A stretch of 64,000 bases of DNA, taken from Cyanophora paradoxa CCMP329 (taxonomy: Eukaryota > Plantae > Glaucophyta). Below are positions 47,421 to 59,300 of this stretch, one piece after another. A program made the translations under genes and the position numbers. Positions within the stretch are counted from its first letter, which is position 1; every line of letters begins with the position of its first letter. Under the pieces are notes generated by a model. The model did not search any database and was not told the DNA's origin. It worked only from the letters and a program-made list of their open reading frames with translations. Location: NCBI GenBank assembly GCA_004431415.1, contig QPMI01000121.1, positions 62,001 through 126,000 of the forward strand, given 5' to 3'.

Positions 47421-50400
47421 CACGCCCTGTACACTATGTACCCCTGCTGACGCTGGGAGACAGTCCGCCAGGAAAGGTGCCGCGTGAAGACCGCGCAGAC
47501 TGCAGGGGTACGGAACCTTGGCTCGCGCCAGCAGCCTCATCATCGCGTCACGCGCTTATTGCAATAAATGTCTTTTCTGCTGCAGACTGCGCCGCTGGAA
47601 CGTACCCCAGCGGCGGCATCTGCCTGCCGTGTCCGCCTCTAACTACCTCACGTTCCGGGGGTTCGCGGCCCCCTCAGGCATTCAATCAATTTTTGATCGA
47701 CCACGCAGACCCGACTTGCACCCGCTGCCCTGCTGGTGCCGCGACTGCGTTGGAAAGACATACGCCCCTCTTATCGGAATGACCGCGTGCCAAGATTGGT
47801 ATGCTGGGCTTCTGTTCGCTTCCGTTTGCAATGCTGAATGCATGCACACAGCGAGCCTGGTTTTGTTGCGGACGAAACGCGCGAAGTTTGCTCGCCGTGT
47901 CCGAGTGGTTCTGCAAGGCCTGCGAGCGCCAGCTCCTGCCACGTGTGCCCCGCCGCGTATTTCGCCAACGCACCCGGCCGCGCCCAATGCGATTTTTGGT
48001 CCGCGCCCACGATCCGTTGTCGCGGCGCCCGCCTTTTGCGCCTGAGCCCGTCTTGCAGCCCCCAGGGACCGAGTCTGCCGACAATCGCGTGGCCTGCACG
48101 CCGTGTCCCTTGGGTTATGCGGAGGTGAACGGCACGCGGACGTGCCGGTTCTGCGACGAGGGAACAGTCGCAGAGGACCAGGGCGCGGTCGAGTGCAGAT
48201 CTTGTGCCCCTGGTGAAATCTCCAACGGCGATCGGTGCGCCAAAATCGATGAAGTGTCGAACTAAGTCTCTGCGTGAAGTCGACGTGCTCGCTCGCAGCA
48301 CGCGCTGCACTCCCTGCCAAGCGGGACGTTCAAGCCTCGGAACATGAACGTCTGTCTGCCGTGCCGGATCGGGACCTGGGCGCCAGCAGGCTCACAGGCG
48401 TGCCGTCCGTGCGAGCCTGGATCGTACGCATCCGAAGACTCCAGCGAGTGCATCGCGTGCACTCCAGGCACGTTCATGCCGGAGGGCTCCCAGGCCTGCC
48501 TCAGGGTGCGCGCTCGTTCGTATCAGTCTCTCGCCTTTTCGAACAGCGAACCTTTCGCGGTCCAGTGTCCCGAGAACTTCATCGCGCCTGATCCTGGGAC
48601 GGCCTTCGCGTGCACCCCTTGCGATGCCGGGTACACAGCGTCAGCCAACCGCCGCGTTTGCGAGCCCTGCGCTCTGGTGCTTATCCTCTTTGTTTATTCT
48701 GGATGCAATTTCCCTCGAGCTCTGTGGATTGATTTTCCGCCACCTTTTGCAGGGCTTCTACAGGCCTCTGGACAGCAACAGCACGGGGTGCATTCCATGT
48801 GGGCCGGGAACTGTCTCGCGGTCCGCAGGCACCGGCGAGTGTGAGCAGTGGTGCGTCTTTGTGTAATTGTAATGCAGCCCATGCGCAGTCTACGCCCTGT
48901 ACACTATGTACCCCTGCTGACGCTGGGAGACAGTCCGCCAGGAAAGGTGCCGCGTGAAGACCGCGCAGACTGCAGGGGTACGGAACCTTGGCTCGCGCCA
49001 GCAGCCTCATCATCGCGTCACGCGCTTATTGCAATAAATGTCTTTTCTGCTGCAGACTGCGCCGCTGGAACGTACCCCAGCGGCGGCATCTGCCTGCCGT
49101 GTCCGCCTCTAACTACCTCACGTTCCGGGGTTCGCGGCCCCCTCAGGCATTCAATCAATTTTTGATCGACCACGCAGACCCGACTTGCACCCGCTGCCCT
49201 GCTGGATCGATCTCCGACGATGCCCGCAAAGCGTGCATACCGTGCCCGTCGTCGATGTACCTGCCGCCGAGCAGCGAAGTCTGCCTTCCGTGCCCCATGA
49301 ATTCGATTTCGCAAGCCGGGTCCACGGGCTGCACTTGGTGGTACGTTGCATACTTGCTGTGTCACAGTGTTTCTCTCCGTTCGGGACTCGCTAACGAGCC
49401 GCCGCGTCAATTTGTTGCAGCTTGGAAGGCTATGTGGTGGGTTGCTTGCCATCGGGTTTTGCTTGCCTGATATCAATAACGAGCGCCTCGAATCTCGCAG
49501 TCTGACGAGTCCCAAACGTTCTGCGAGGTAAGCTGTTGCTGGCCTGATTCCGAGAGGGGACGCAATGGCGACCGCCGGGCGCAGGTCTGTTCGAAGGGCA
49601 CCTTCAGAAATGCGACGATGTCCTACTGCGAGCCTTGGTCCGTCCGAGCATGCCCGGCCCTTTGTTTCATTGCGACGTGCAAGTTTTCGCGTTGATTGTG
49701 CGTGTTTCTCGCGCAGCCCGTCCGGCACCTTCGCGGCGGCCGCAGGATCCGCGGCCTGCACGCTGTGCTCGTCGACGCAGCTGTGCCCGATCGCGACCTC
49801 GGAGCCGATCGACATATCCGACTTCAAGAAACTCATATCGGAGACCATTTCCGAGGCCCTCGCCGCCGCGAAGGAGGGGCTGCAGCCCGCTACAGGCAGA
49901 GTGCGGCGCGGCCTGTTACTCGCTCGGAGGCTGCTGGGCGCCGGGGATTTCCTCAAGCGTATCTCGAGCGACGAGACTGCGATGTCCTTTGTCAGCGAGA
50001 ACGTGACGTGCGCGTGCATTGTTCTGAGCGGGTCCGACTGCTGCCGACCCCCTCTCGTGTCTGCTTCGCAGGTACGATACGAACACTGCAACGATCGTCC
50101 GGCCTGTGCGTGGAGTATTGTAATCTTCACTTCCGAAAAACCCTGAGCTCGAGCGTTCGTTTCTCCAGGAAATCCGCACGGAAGAGGTCGCAAAGCAGCG
50201 CCTCTACCTGGTACGAAGTTGAACTAGCTAGATAGATAGCGCGGATATTCCGCTCTGGATCTCAATCGGAGCGACCGACCGCGCGCCCCGCGCAGGTCTT
50301 CGCGCTGCTGGTCTCGTGCGTCGGGGTCCTCCTGCTCCTCGCCGGCGTCTGCCTCTACTCCTACCTAAAGGTACGCTCTGTTATGTTATGTTATGGTATG

Positions 50401-53400
50401 TTATGCTATGTTTCGATCGGTACTCGTTTACGGATAGGTTCCGCTGGCTTCGCCGTCGGAGCGCAAGCTGGAGCGCGCAGAGCACAGGCAGCGGCGAGCC
50501 GAGCGTGTAAGCCGAGCCAGTCGTTTAGTATTTCCTCTGTTACAAACTCGACAATTCATGGCGCGGCCGCGATTCGTCAGATCATGAAGCTCGACCGGCT
50601 TTACACAAACCTCATCGCCACAAAGCGCCAGGAGGTCAAAGGCGATGCGAAGAACGAGACGGCGAAGACGCAACAGGAGGAGGCGGCGGAGGACGAAGAG
50701 GAGAACCAGAAGACTCTCTACGGCGTCATCTTCACGATGATCGGCATCGGTCTCGCCGCCATCGCAGCCGGCTACGTGCTGCTGCAATTCGTGCGCCCAG
50801 CACTGCGCCGCGCGCATTCCGTACCGCCGCGCGGCGCCTTAGCCTTTGCCGCCTTGCGCGCAGTCCATCGCGAACTTCAGCATCATCCAGACGCTCCAGC
50901 CGGGGGCCTCGCCATCCGCCGCAGACATCGCCGGCGCGCTCAACGTCACCGCCTCCTTCGCCGGCTTTGCTGGTGCCCTCGTTCCTCGAACGTCGGTCTT
51001 GGTCTCGGTGTTCACGAATGCTTACGAACGCGCAGGCCCATGCCAGATCGTGCAGCGAGCCGGAGAAAGCGCTCTGAACGTGTCGCGTTTCGACGGGCGC
51101 GCGGGTGTCGACGTGTTCGTCTCGGGGATCGGGCCCGTCGACGGCTGGCCCGCGCCGGTCGCCGAAACGAGCTTCAGCGCCGGTCGCCGCACATGCTTGT
51201 CCGTTTGAATTCTCGATTTCGACCTACATTTACATTGTTCGACCAATCGGCTCCCCTGTGCACGCAGAGTCAGCTGGCGGTGTGCGAAATGCCGTCTCCT
51301 GGCCGCCAGCAACGTCACTGTCGACTTCCGCCTCGTCTCGCGCCTCGCTCTTGCGGTCGCCGTCAACTACGCCATACAGGTCCGCCGCTCTCAGAAGCAG
51401 ATCTTTTCTCGTGTGGGTTCTCTGAAGCGGGATGCAGGTCCCGTCCAACCTGTCCATCGAGGGGTCATCGTGCCCTCCTCGCAAGCCGAGTTCTCCGTCT
51501 TCCGCGGCACAGTCCCGGTCACCGTCCCCGTGTCTCTGTTTCCGCTGCACTTTGAGGTCTGGTGGACCGCCCTTGAGCGCTCCCGTGAACGTGCGCTTGG
51601 CGTTGATCTGCTCGCAGGACGAGCGCGACGGCACGCCGCGGTACGACGCGGCCCTGCGCCCTGCCGACAATCGGGCGACCGAGAAGGGCGAGGGATCTTT
51701 CGTGTGTTCAGATCTGTGTCGGATCCTGACCGCTCGGATCACTGCCGCGTGTGCTTACGCCCCATCCCGCGCTCTCCAGGGCCTCTGCTCGTTCACGAAA
51801 CCGCTCTCCGATCCGGAGTGTGCCGGAGAATCCGTTACCTTCCGCGTCCTCTTCAACATCGACAACATCTACGTCCGAGTGCGCCTTGCCGGCCGTCGAC
51901 CCGCGGCGCTGCTTTTCCGCCTGTGCGTCGCGATCGTGACCGCCGCACCCTGCCGCAGGTGTACCGCAAGGTGAAGGCCTCCATCGCCGACATGCTCGCG
52001 GACCTGTCGTCCCTCACGCAGACCGCCATCGCCGTGCGCCAGACGCCGCCTCGTTGTCCAGTGTCCGAGAGACGGCTCGCAGATCGGAGGCCAGATCGCA
52101 GTCACGGCTCTCACCGCGCGCTACTTCATGAAGGTAGCGAGCAGCCGCTTGTCTGGAGGACGCCGACGCTGAGGGGCTCTGACCCGCGCCTCCTGCAGGG
52201 ACGGCGCGGCCAGCCGACGGAAGACGCACGGGGAGAGCTCGCCGATCGCGACAGTTCGTCGACTGCCGGCTCGAGCGTGGCGGCAGATCCAAAGCTGCAG
52301 CTCCGGAATCCTGCCGTGGGCAAACAGCACGCAGCCTCTGCCAGCGACCTGAAGCCGGATGTGCCGAGATCCTCAACACCCTCGGGTTCCGTGCGCGCGC
52401 CCGCGCGAATGACTCGGAGGCGGAGCAACAGCTTCGGCGACATCGAGGGGCTCGGGGCTGTCCACATCTACGAGATCGACGACGACCCAGCGGACCGTGC
52501 ATCAAGGGCGGCCCACGGGCCGCGCTCCAAGTCTCCCGGTCTGCCCCCGCGGCGACGGCGACGGCGGGCAGCCACGGCCACACCTCCCGATCCACGGGCC
52601 CTTCGTCCTCGTCGGCCCAGCCCCTCATCCCCGGCCCCAGCAGCCGCTACGCTTACAGCGTCGCGAGCGCTACCGCCACGCTGCCCATCCCGAACCTCCC
52701 CGCAAGCGCAGTGCGGGTCATCAGCCTCTTGGGATCGAGCGCGAGCGCGGCGGGCAGCTCGAACTCGAGCGTCGCGGGCAGCTCGGAAGCGAAGCGGCCG
52801 GCCGCGCCCGCGGGCAGCGTCGGGGCGGCCTCCCTACCCCTCGCCGGGCCTTCTCCCGACTCGTCTACTTCCAGAGCCATCTCGGCCTCGGCCGCGGGCC
52901 CCAGCTCCGATGTCGGCAGTCTTGGCCCGCGCGTGGAGCAGCCGGCTGTCGAGAGCACCGGCCGGGATGATGCTGTCCCTTCCCCCCCGTAAGATTCAAA
53001 CAAGCATCTCACTTTACCTTGTAGCTTGCTTCTCCTTATCCTGTAATCGCGAATGCATTGCAGCGGTTTATACGAATATCATTGAAACAATAGTATACGT
53101 ATGCAGCTTTTTTGGTAAATTACCGGCCACAGCCTCCAGTGTCTCACAGCCTCTTTGCCCCTTGTCCCACAGCCTCTTTGCCCCCACTGGGCTACGATCT
53201 CGCGGTCTCCCAGACCCCGGGAGTCTAGATCTCCTGCCCCTTCGCGTTTTTTGCAGCGGCGCCGGCCCCTGTCCCGAGCTCGAGTACTAGCCCCGCACCG
53301 TACCGCGCCCGAAGCTGAGCCGCCTCCGCCCTGGCCACGTGCATTCCCCCTTCCTTCTTGCTTCCGTATATGCTGGCTACTGGGATATTAGCTATAGGTT

Positions 53401-53578
53401 GGAGGGTAAATCAGGGGAGAGGATAGGCAGGGGCGGAGGGAGGAAGCGAGGCGGGCATTATATATGGTATGGCGAAAAAGGCGGCTGCTGGGTGCAATTC
53501 CGAAAGTTCATGATCAACCCGCGGCCGGGGACGGGCACATGCAGCCTAGTACCGCTCTCCGGCCCCGGGCCGAGGCTA

Positions 53579-53765
53579 CCGTGTTACACAATATTGGTGC
53601 GCACGATATATAAGAGCGTTTATAGATAGACCCGGCCTCCGACCATAGTAATGAGTGCGGTTTCAAATCACTGAGTCAGTGCGTTTTCATTCATATGCAT
53701 GGCAAAAAACGCACTAATTTGGTACCGCGCTAATATTATGCGTGCACTATAATTGTGTTACACGG
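53579..53765. mobile_element. Duplicate copy of the Tc1/mariner-type MITE
   Basis: Same sequence as 30728-30914, carried by the segmental duplication. Confidence 0.65.
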
Positions 53766-55131
53766 TAGCGCTCTGAAGGCTGGACTCGGGAGTCGGGACT
53801 CGAGGGCCCGGCCCGGCGGGCCCGGCCGCGCCGGGCCGCGGGGCCCCGGCAGCCGGCGGCAGATCCGCCGAGTCCGCGGCCGGCCGCTGCATATAGCCAG
53901 CCCCCGCCGCGCGATCGGCGGTGATTTGGGCCATCATTTGGCACGTCGACGTACGACTGGTACTTATACGTATCATAGGCATACAGCTCCATGGACCATG
54001 TTCATGTTGTCAGGATGTTGATCATGAGCCGCAACTTGAGCGAGTTCGTTCAACTTCGTGCGTTTAAAACAGATGGTTTCACATGCGACAAGGTATGGGG
54101 CATGCAATGCCATGCATATGCACTTGAGCTGCGTGACTCAACAACAACAGCAACAGCGATGGAACCGGGCAACAACAGCGATGAGCTGCACTTCCAAGGC
54201 AACAACAGCGATGGAACCGGGAAAGATTTAATTTGGGATATCGATAGACTAGGAATTCGAAGTTGAACTAGTACTAAGTTCAACTGTTCAAGGCTCAAGC
54301 ATCGCTTGCTGCGTGCGCATCGATGGGGCGGCATTGGGGCCATCGGCTCATTGGGCTGTCACTCAGTGACTGTAAATATTAAATCGCGATCGCCTGTAGC
54401 CTGTAGGTTCGATCGAAAAATTAAAAGCTTTGTAGCGAAAGCTTTCGAATTCAAGTGGTCCGATCAACGACTCCGATGATTCCGAACGTCGAACTTACAG
54501 AAGTATCCTTACTTACCTACTCGATCTTGGTAAGTTAGCCAATGATAGGTTGGTAAGTTAGTCAGCAACCGTCGATCGGTCGACAGCGACGGTCACTCGA
54601 GCTCGCGAGTCGCGAATCGCGATCGCGCGCCGGCGGGGCGCCCCGGCCGCGCCCGGCGGGCGCCGGCGCCGGCGCCGCGCCGCGCGCGCGCGCGACGCCG
54701 CCGACGTCGACGCGATCATATGCATCGCCGATGACCGTCGGACGCCGAGTCGGGCTGACTCGGGCATGGCACAGTGGCCGTGTCAGTGCGTGGGGCACTA
54801 TTTTAGCTATGGGGACACATAAATACCGCGTCCACTTAATTACCGCGGTACCAAATATTAATTACGGCGCCAAGAGTTTAATTGTTAAAACGCAGTAAAT
54901 TGCGCCGGTAATTTGGTACCGGCACCGGCCGCACCGCGGTAATTCTCTCCGCAGAAGTTGCCCCATACAGTACCCCCCAGATTACTGCCTCAGACAAACC
55001 TCAAACTTTTAAAACGCGGTAATATGGTACCGCGGTATTTTGTTCTGTGGCGGCACTGCCGCTGCAGCTGGCGGGCTGGCGGGCCGGGTATACGACGAAC
55101 TACTACTGTATACGTACGGTAGCTTATATAA

Positions 55132-55539
55132 TAGAGCTTCGGCTCGAGCCGAGCCGGCTCGAGCGAGCCCGGCTCGAGCCGACCTTTTTCCGGCTCGAGC
55201 CGGCTCGTGGCGAGGGGCGGCTCGCTCGAGCCGGCGGCTCGAGCCGGGGGAGGGGGGCTGGCTCGAGCCAGGGGGTGCGAGCTAGGTCGAGCCGGCCAGC
55301 CGGGGCTCGAGCCGGGGGGGGGAGAGGTGGCCTATGACGGAAACAGCTCATTTCTAGTGCGTGTCGCGGGCCTGAGTCATCAAATACAGGCTAGCCTGCC
55401 TCTATTCTGTAACATTATATGCATTCTGCATGTATCTCCCCCGTAGGCTGGCTCGAGCCGGCTCGAGCTGGCTCGAGGCTGGAGCGGGCTGGCTCGAGCT
55501 GGCTCGAGCCAGGGGTTTCTAGCTCGAGCCGAAGCTCTA
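55132..55539. mobile_element. hAT-like MITE with GGCTCGAGCC subterminal palindromes, 408 bp
   Basis: Perfect 18-bp TIR TAGAGCTTCGGCTCGAGC / GCTCGAGCCGAAGCTCTA. CGGTAGCT occurs at 55540-55547 and at 55117-55124, where the left copy is offset by 7 nt (TATATAA). Confidence 0.8.
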
Positions 55540-56340
55540 CGGTAGCTATAGCCGCGCGGGGCGCCGGCCGCGGCGCCGCGCGCGCGCGCGCGCGCACTGC
55601 GGGCCAGTCTGCGGCACTGCGGGCCAGTACTAGTCTGCGACTCTGCGGCAGACGCCGGCAGTCCGACGCGAGTCACGCGACGGTACCGGTCTGCCAGGCT
55701 GCGCAATGCGCATGCGTGGCTCTGCGCGCGCGCGAGACGTACGTCGAGTCGTCGTCGACTGCGCGCGGCTGCTCAGCGCCGAGTCAGCGGCTACATGTAC
55801 AGGCCCGCAGTGCTGCGCATGCGCATGCCGGCGCAGACTCCGCAGTGCGCGCGCGCAGCGGGGCTTAAGCTTAAGCGCACGCGCGCGCGCACATGCCATG
55901 ATGCATATGTACAGCGCCGCACACACATACGTATATATACACTATAAACTATAGCCTATACTATGATAGCTAGAACTGCAGTTTCAGAGTCTAGACTCTG
56001 AGAATCTAGATCGATCTGCACTGTGCACTGCAGCAGGCTGCCAGCAGCTGTATGCAGTCTGCGCGCAGCAGCCTCGGCAGAGGCTACTAGACTAGTAGTA
56101 CTAGTACAAGCCCTGCCAAGCTAATTCTAGCTGAAGGTTAGTTCGCCGTCGATCGCGACTACCGTAGAACCGGTTCAACCGGTATCTGCCATCTGGCGCA
56201 AAGACTGGCATCAATCGAACTTGGACCTTGAAATGGCATCAGGGGCCTGCGCGCGGCATCCCGCCGCCGACGCCATGGCCAGGCGGCCGCGGCCTGCGCG
56301 TGCAGCTGCAGCTGGCCAGCCGCCTCGGCAGGGCCTGGAC

Positions 56341-59300
56341 ATGTGGAAATCGAAGCTTGCGGCGGTCGTTCTCGTTCTCGCCGTCGCGCAGCAGGCGTTC
56401 GCGCACGCCGGCCATGGAATCGCCGCCGAAGTCCACGGCGGCCGCGCTCCCAACGTCCGCGGCCATGCGCGCCCCGCGGCCGATCGCGAGCCGGCGGCGC
56501 CGCGCGTCGACGTCGACCGCGCCGGCCCGCGGCCAGCTGCGGCCAGTGGCCGTGTTCTCCACGCCTCGGAATCGACATCGCCCTCGGTCGCGCCCCCGGA
56601 GACGTTGACTGTCCGTGCGTGTTGCATAACTTCCTGTACTTGCACATGCATATATATGTGGCCCGTTGGCCTGCGGCTGGCCGTGATTTCGCGCGCGATC
56701 GCGAGAAAATCCCCCGCGCGCGCGTTTTTTGCTCATCGTGGCATGATCGTGATCCCCGCAGAGCCGGCCTCACGCTGCACGCTCAAGTCGCTGTCTCTGA
56801 AGCGCGAGGTCCTGGGCAACAGCACCGCGAAGCCCTTCAATCTCAACACGCCTCTGGTGCGCATGCATATGCATAAAACATGCGATAAGCAGAGCTGCAG
56901 TTTCATCCAGCAGGCCAACCTTCAGCTGCATGCAATATTAATGTAATAATCAATCAATGTCGGCCCCGGCCCGGCCCAGGCTTGCGCAGCAGCTGCATGC
57001 GCACGGCCGGGCGCCATTACTACTTACGAATTCAAATGCGTATATGTATGTATATATACGTATACATAATCTTGATGCATGTACATGTGCTGTACGCGCA
57101 TGCACAGGTTGAGCAGCTGATTATGGAGGGCCACCCAGTTTTCAAGGACGTCCGCTTCAGCTCGCACTACTGCATCGACGGTACTTCAAATTTGAACAAG
57201 AAAATATGCAAGTGACCGCCTGCAGCTGGGTGGACGCTCACGCCCGCCGGCCGGCGCCGCGCTTTGCGATCGCAGGTCGGCACTTGAAGAACAGCGTGCA
57301 CACGCCCGGCGGCGACATCTCGGAGTTCCTGCTGGCCCTCAACTCGTACCAGCGAGTCGTGCTGCAGGGCGCGGCCCTCACCGACGACCAGGTCTACGGG
57401 GCCCTGCTGGCCTTCGTCGACCTGTACGCCATCCCCCACGAGCGGCCCTTCTACATGCACTCCGACGAGCACAGGTCGGGATCCTGCTTCATTAACATTT
57501 AAATGCAGTACTAGTGCATAACATGACCGAATGAAATGAAACGCGCGTGCAGCGACCACTACTTCAAGGAGCTGCTGGCGCACAACACGAGCATCGGCGA
57601 TCGGGCCCTGGACCACGCGTACACGATCGAGGGCGCCCCCGCGGCGGACCGCGAGGCGATCCTCTCCATGGCCCTCGTCCCCGACACCCTCGGTCCGGCG
57701 TCTATTAACAGATAAAAAGCCTTCGATCCGATTTCAATATATACCCATGGCCATCAAGCTCGTCACAAGTATCGCGAATGAACTCTTAATCTAACCCATC
57801 AGAAGCCCTTATTCTTAATGCCCATCAAGCTTAAGCTTTCAATGAGATGCTGACGCTGTACCGCGCAGGGTGCGGGCACCTGAAGCGCACGCTCAAGAAC
57901 CCGGGCACGTACATGACCTCGGAGGCGCTGACGAAGAGCGTGATCAAGGCCTACTACCGCGCCCTCTGGCGCGACAGGGACAACGTCAACGGCACCGGTG
58001 ATTATTCGTGCTCGAACTCTATAGAGTTCGTCTCCTGAATGCAAGTTGCGCGCCGCGCACTGGCAGGGGCCGTCGAGTACCAGATTCTTCCCGGCGACCA
58101 CGTCGAGGGGTGCGCACCGCCCGCGCGCGCCTTGTTTGTTCCGACTCGTATAATTATCGCTGGTTCCACCACGTCGACCGTGAGCCAGCTTATGATGGTT
58201 GTTCTTCGCAGCTCCGTGGCGATCGTCAACTCGGGGAGCACATGCGGCGACTCGGTCCTGTCGTTCAAGCCCAACGCCACTTTCGGACAGGTGCGCGACT
58301 CGGCGAAAATGCGCAAACTAGATCAACTGCGGCCTTGGCGAAAATACGCAAACTAGGTCAACTGCGGAAGAAGAGTCTGCTGCGCCTACATTTGAAATCT
58401 AAGCGCCTGCCAGGTCTTCATTTACCACGGCGACGCGCTCGGCCACATCCGCCAGACGCTCACGCGCTTCCTCTGCGACCGCAAGGCCTCCCTCGGCGCC
58501 GCCTCGGCCGAGTGCAAGTGCGCTGCAGTTTCTTGCTGAATCGCAACGTCTTGTCCTTCTTCGTCCCGCTCCCTTGACGCTCTTGCGCGCGCTTCGCTTT
58601 TCGATGCAGGCCCAGCGCTCTTCGCGCCGACATGGAAGTCGTGTTCGATGCGGGGTTCAAGAGCACCGCCGGCGCCCTGGCCGCGGTCCGGAAATGTTTC
58701 GAATTCTACAGATGATCCCTTCATAGAAACTGATGCGCCTTCAATGCACATGTACGTATACAGGACCGCCCGGTCGACACAGTCTCTTTCACCGCCGATG
58801 GCTTCTCCGGCGCGAAGACGGCGGCGCTCACTCCCGACGACGACCCGTCCGCCGCTGCCGCTGCAGCCGTCGCCCACAAGCAGACCGAGGCCAGCGGCTG
58901 CCCCATCCTCGACGTCACGGCCTCGGTCGCCGCGGTGCGCTCCTCTTCCCCCAAACGTGTTCGACCAACATCGCCTCACAACGAGTAAACGTCGATATCG
59001 CGCAGGCATCGAAGGAGAGCGACCCCGCGAAGCTGTGGAAGATCCTTTCGGTGGAGCACGCCAAGGCCTTCCTCGGCGAAGCGCACATCGTGAACGTCGT
59101 CAACCACACCTGGTCCTGCATCGGTATCTGAAGGCTCTGTTTGCCGATACTCTGTTCTTCTTTGACCGTGATGATGATGATTCCGATGCAGACGGCCGCT
59201 CGCACAAGGCCATCCTCGGCACGCCCGGCGGCACCATCTCCGAGTTCCTGCTCGCCCTTGCCGCATTCATCAAGAAGGGGGTACGTGGCGCAGAGCCCGC

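Larger units (their letters stand above)
31023..52992 (+). pseudogene. 5'-truncated duplicate of the 3' part of the giant gene
   Basis: Starts inside an intron, after copy A's stop codon. Carries the virus and several 1-nt homopolymer deletions (about 33670, 34625, 48323, 51462, 52552), which may be consensus errors. Confidence 0.65.
30996..53827 (+). repeat. Copy B of the duplication, interrupted by the viral element and by a 1.47-kb internal re-duplication
   Basis: 30996-35462 matches 21572-26040; 47426-47736 matches 26041-26351; 47735-53827 matches 24878-30976. Confidence 0.95.

Noticed and set aside
33660-52560. Frameshifts in copy B as proof of pseudogenisation
   Set aside because: Nearly all are 1-nt losses in G/C homopolymers with almost no substitutions, typical of long-read consensus error.
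53900-54260. Possible transposase remnant and AACAACAGCGATG repeats
   Set aside because: Only a vague motif resemblance with stop codons; no TIR or TSD was found.
54790-55045. TACCGCGG-rich segment as a MITE
   Set aside because: Matching ends and a TSD could not be defined.
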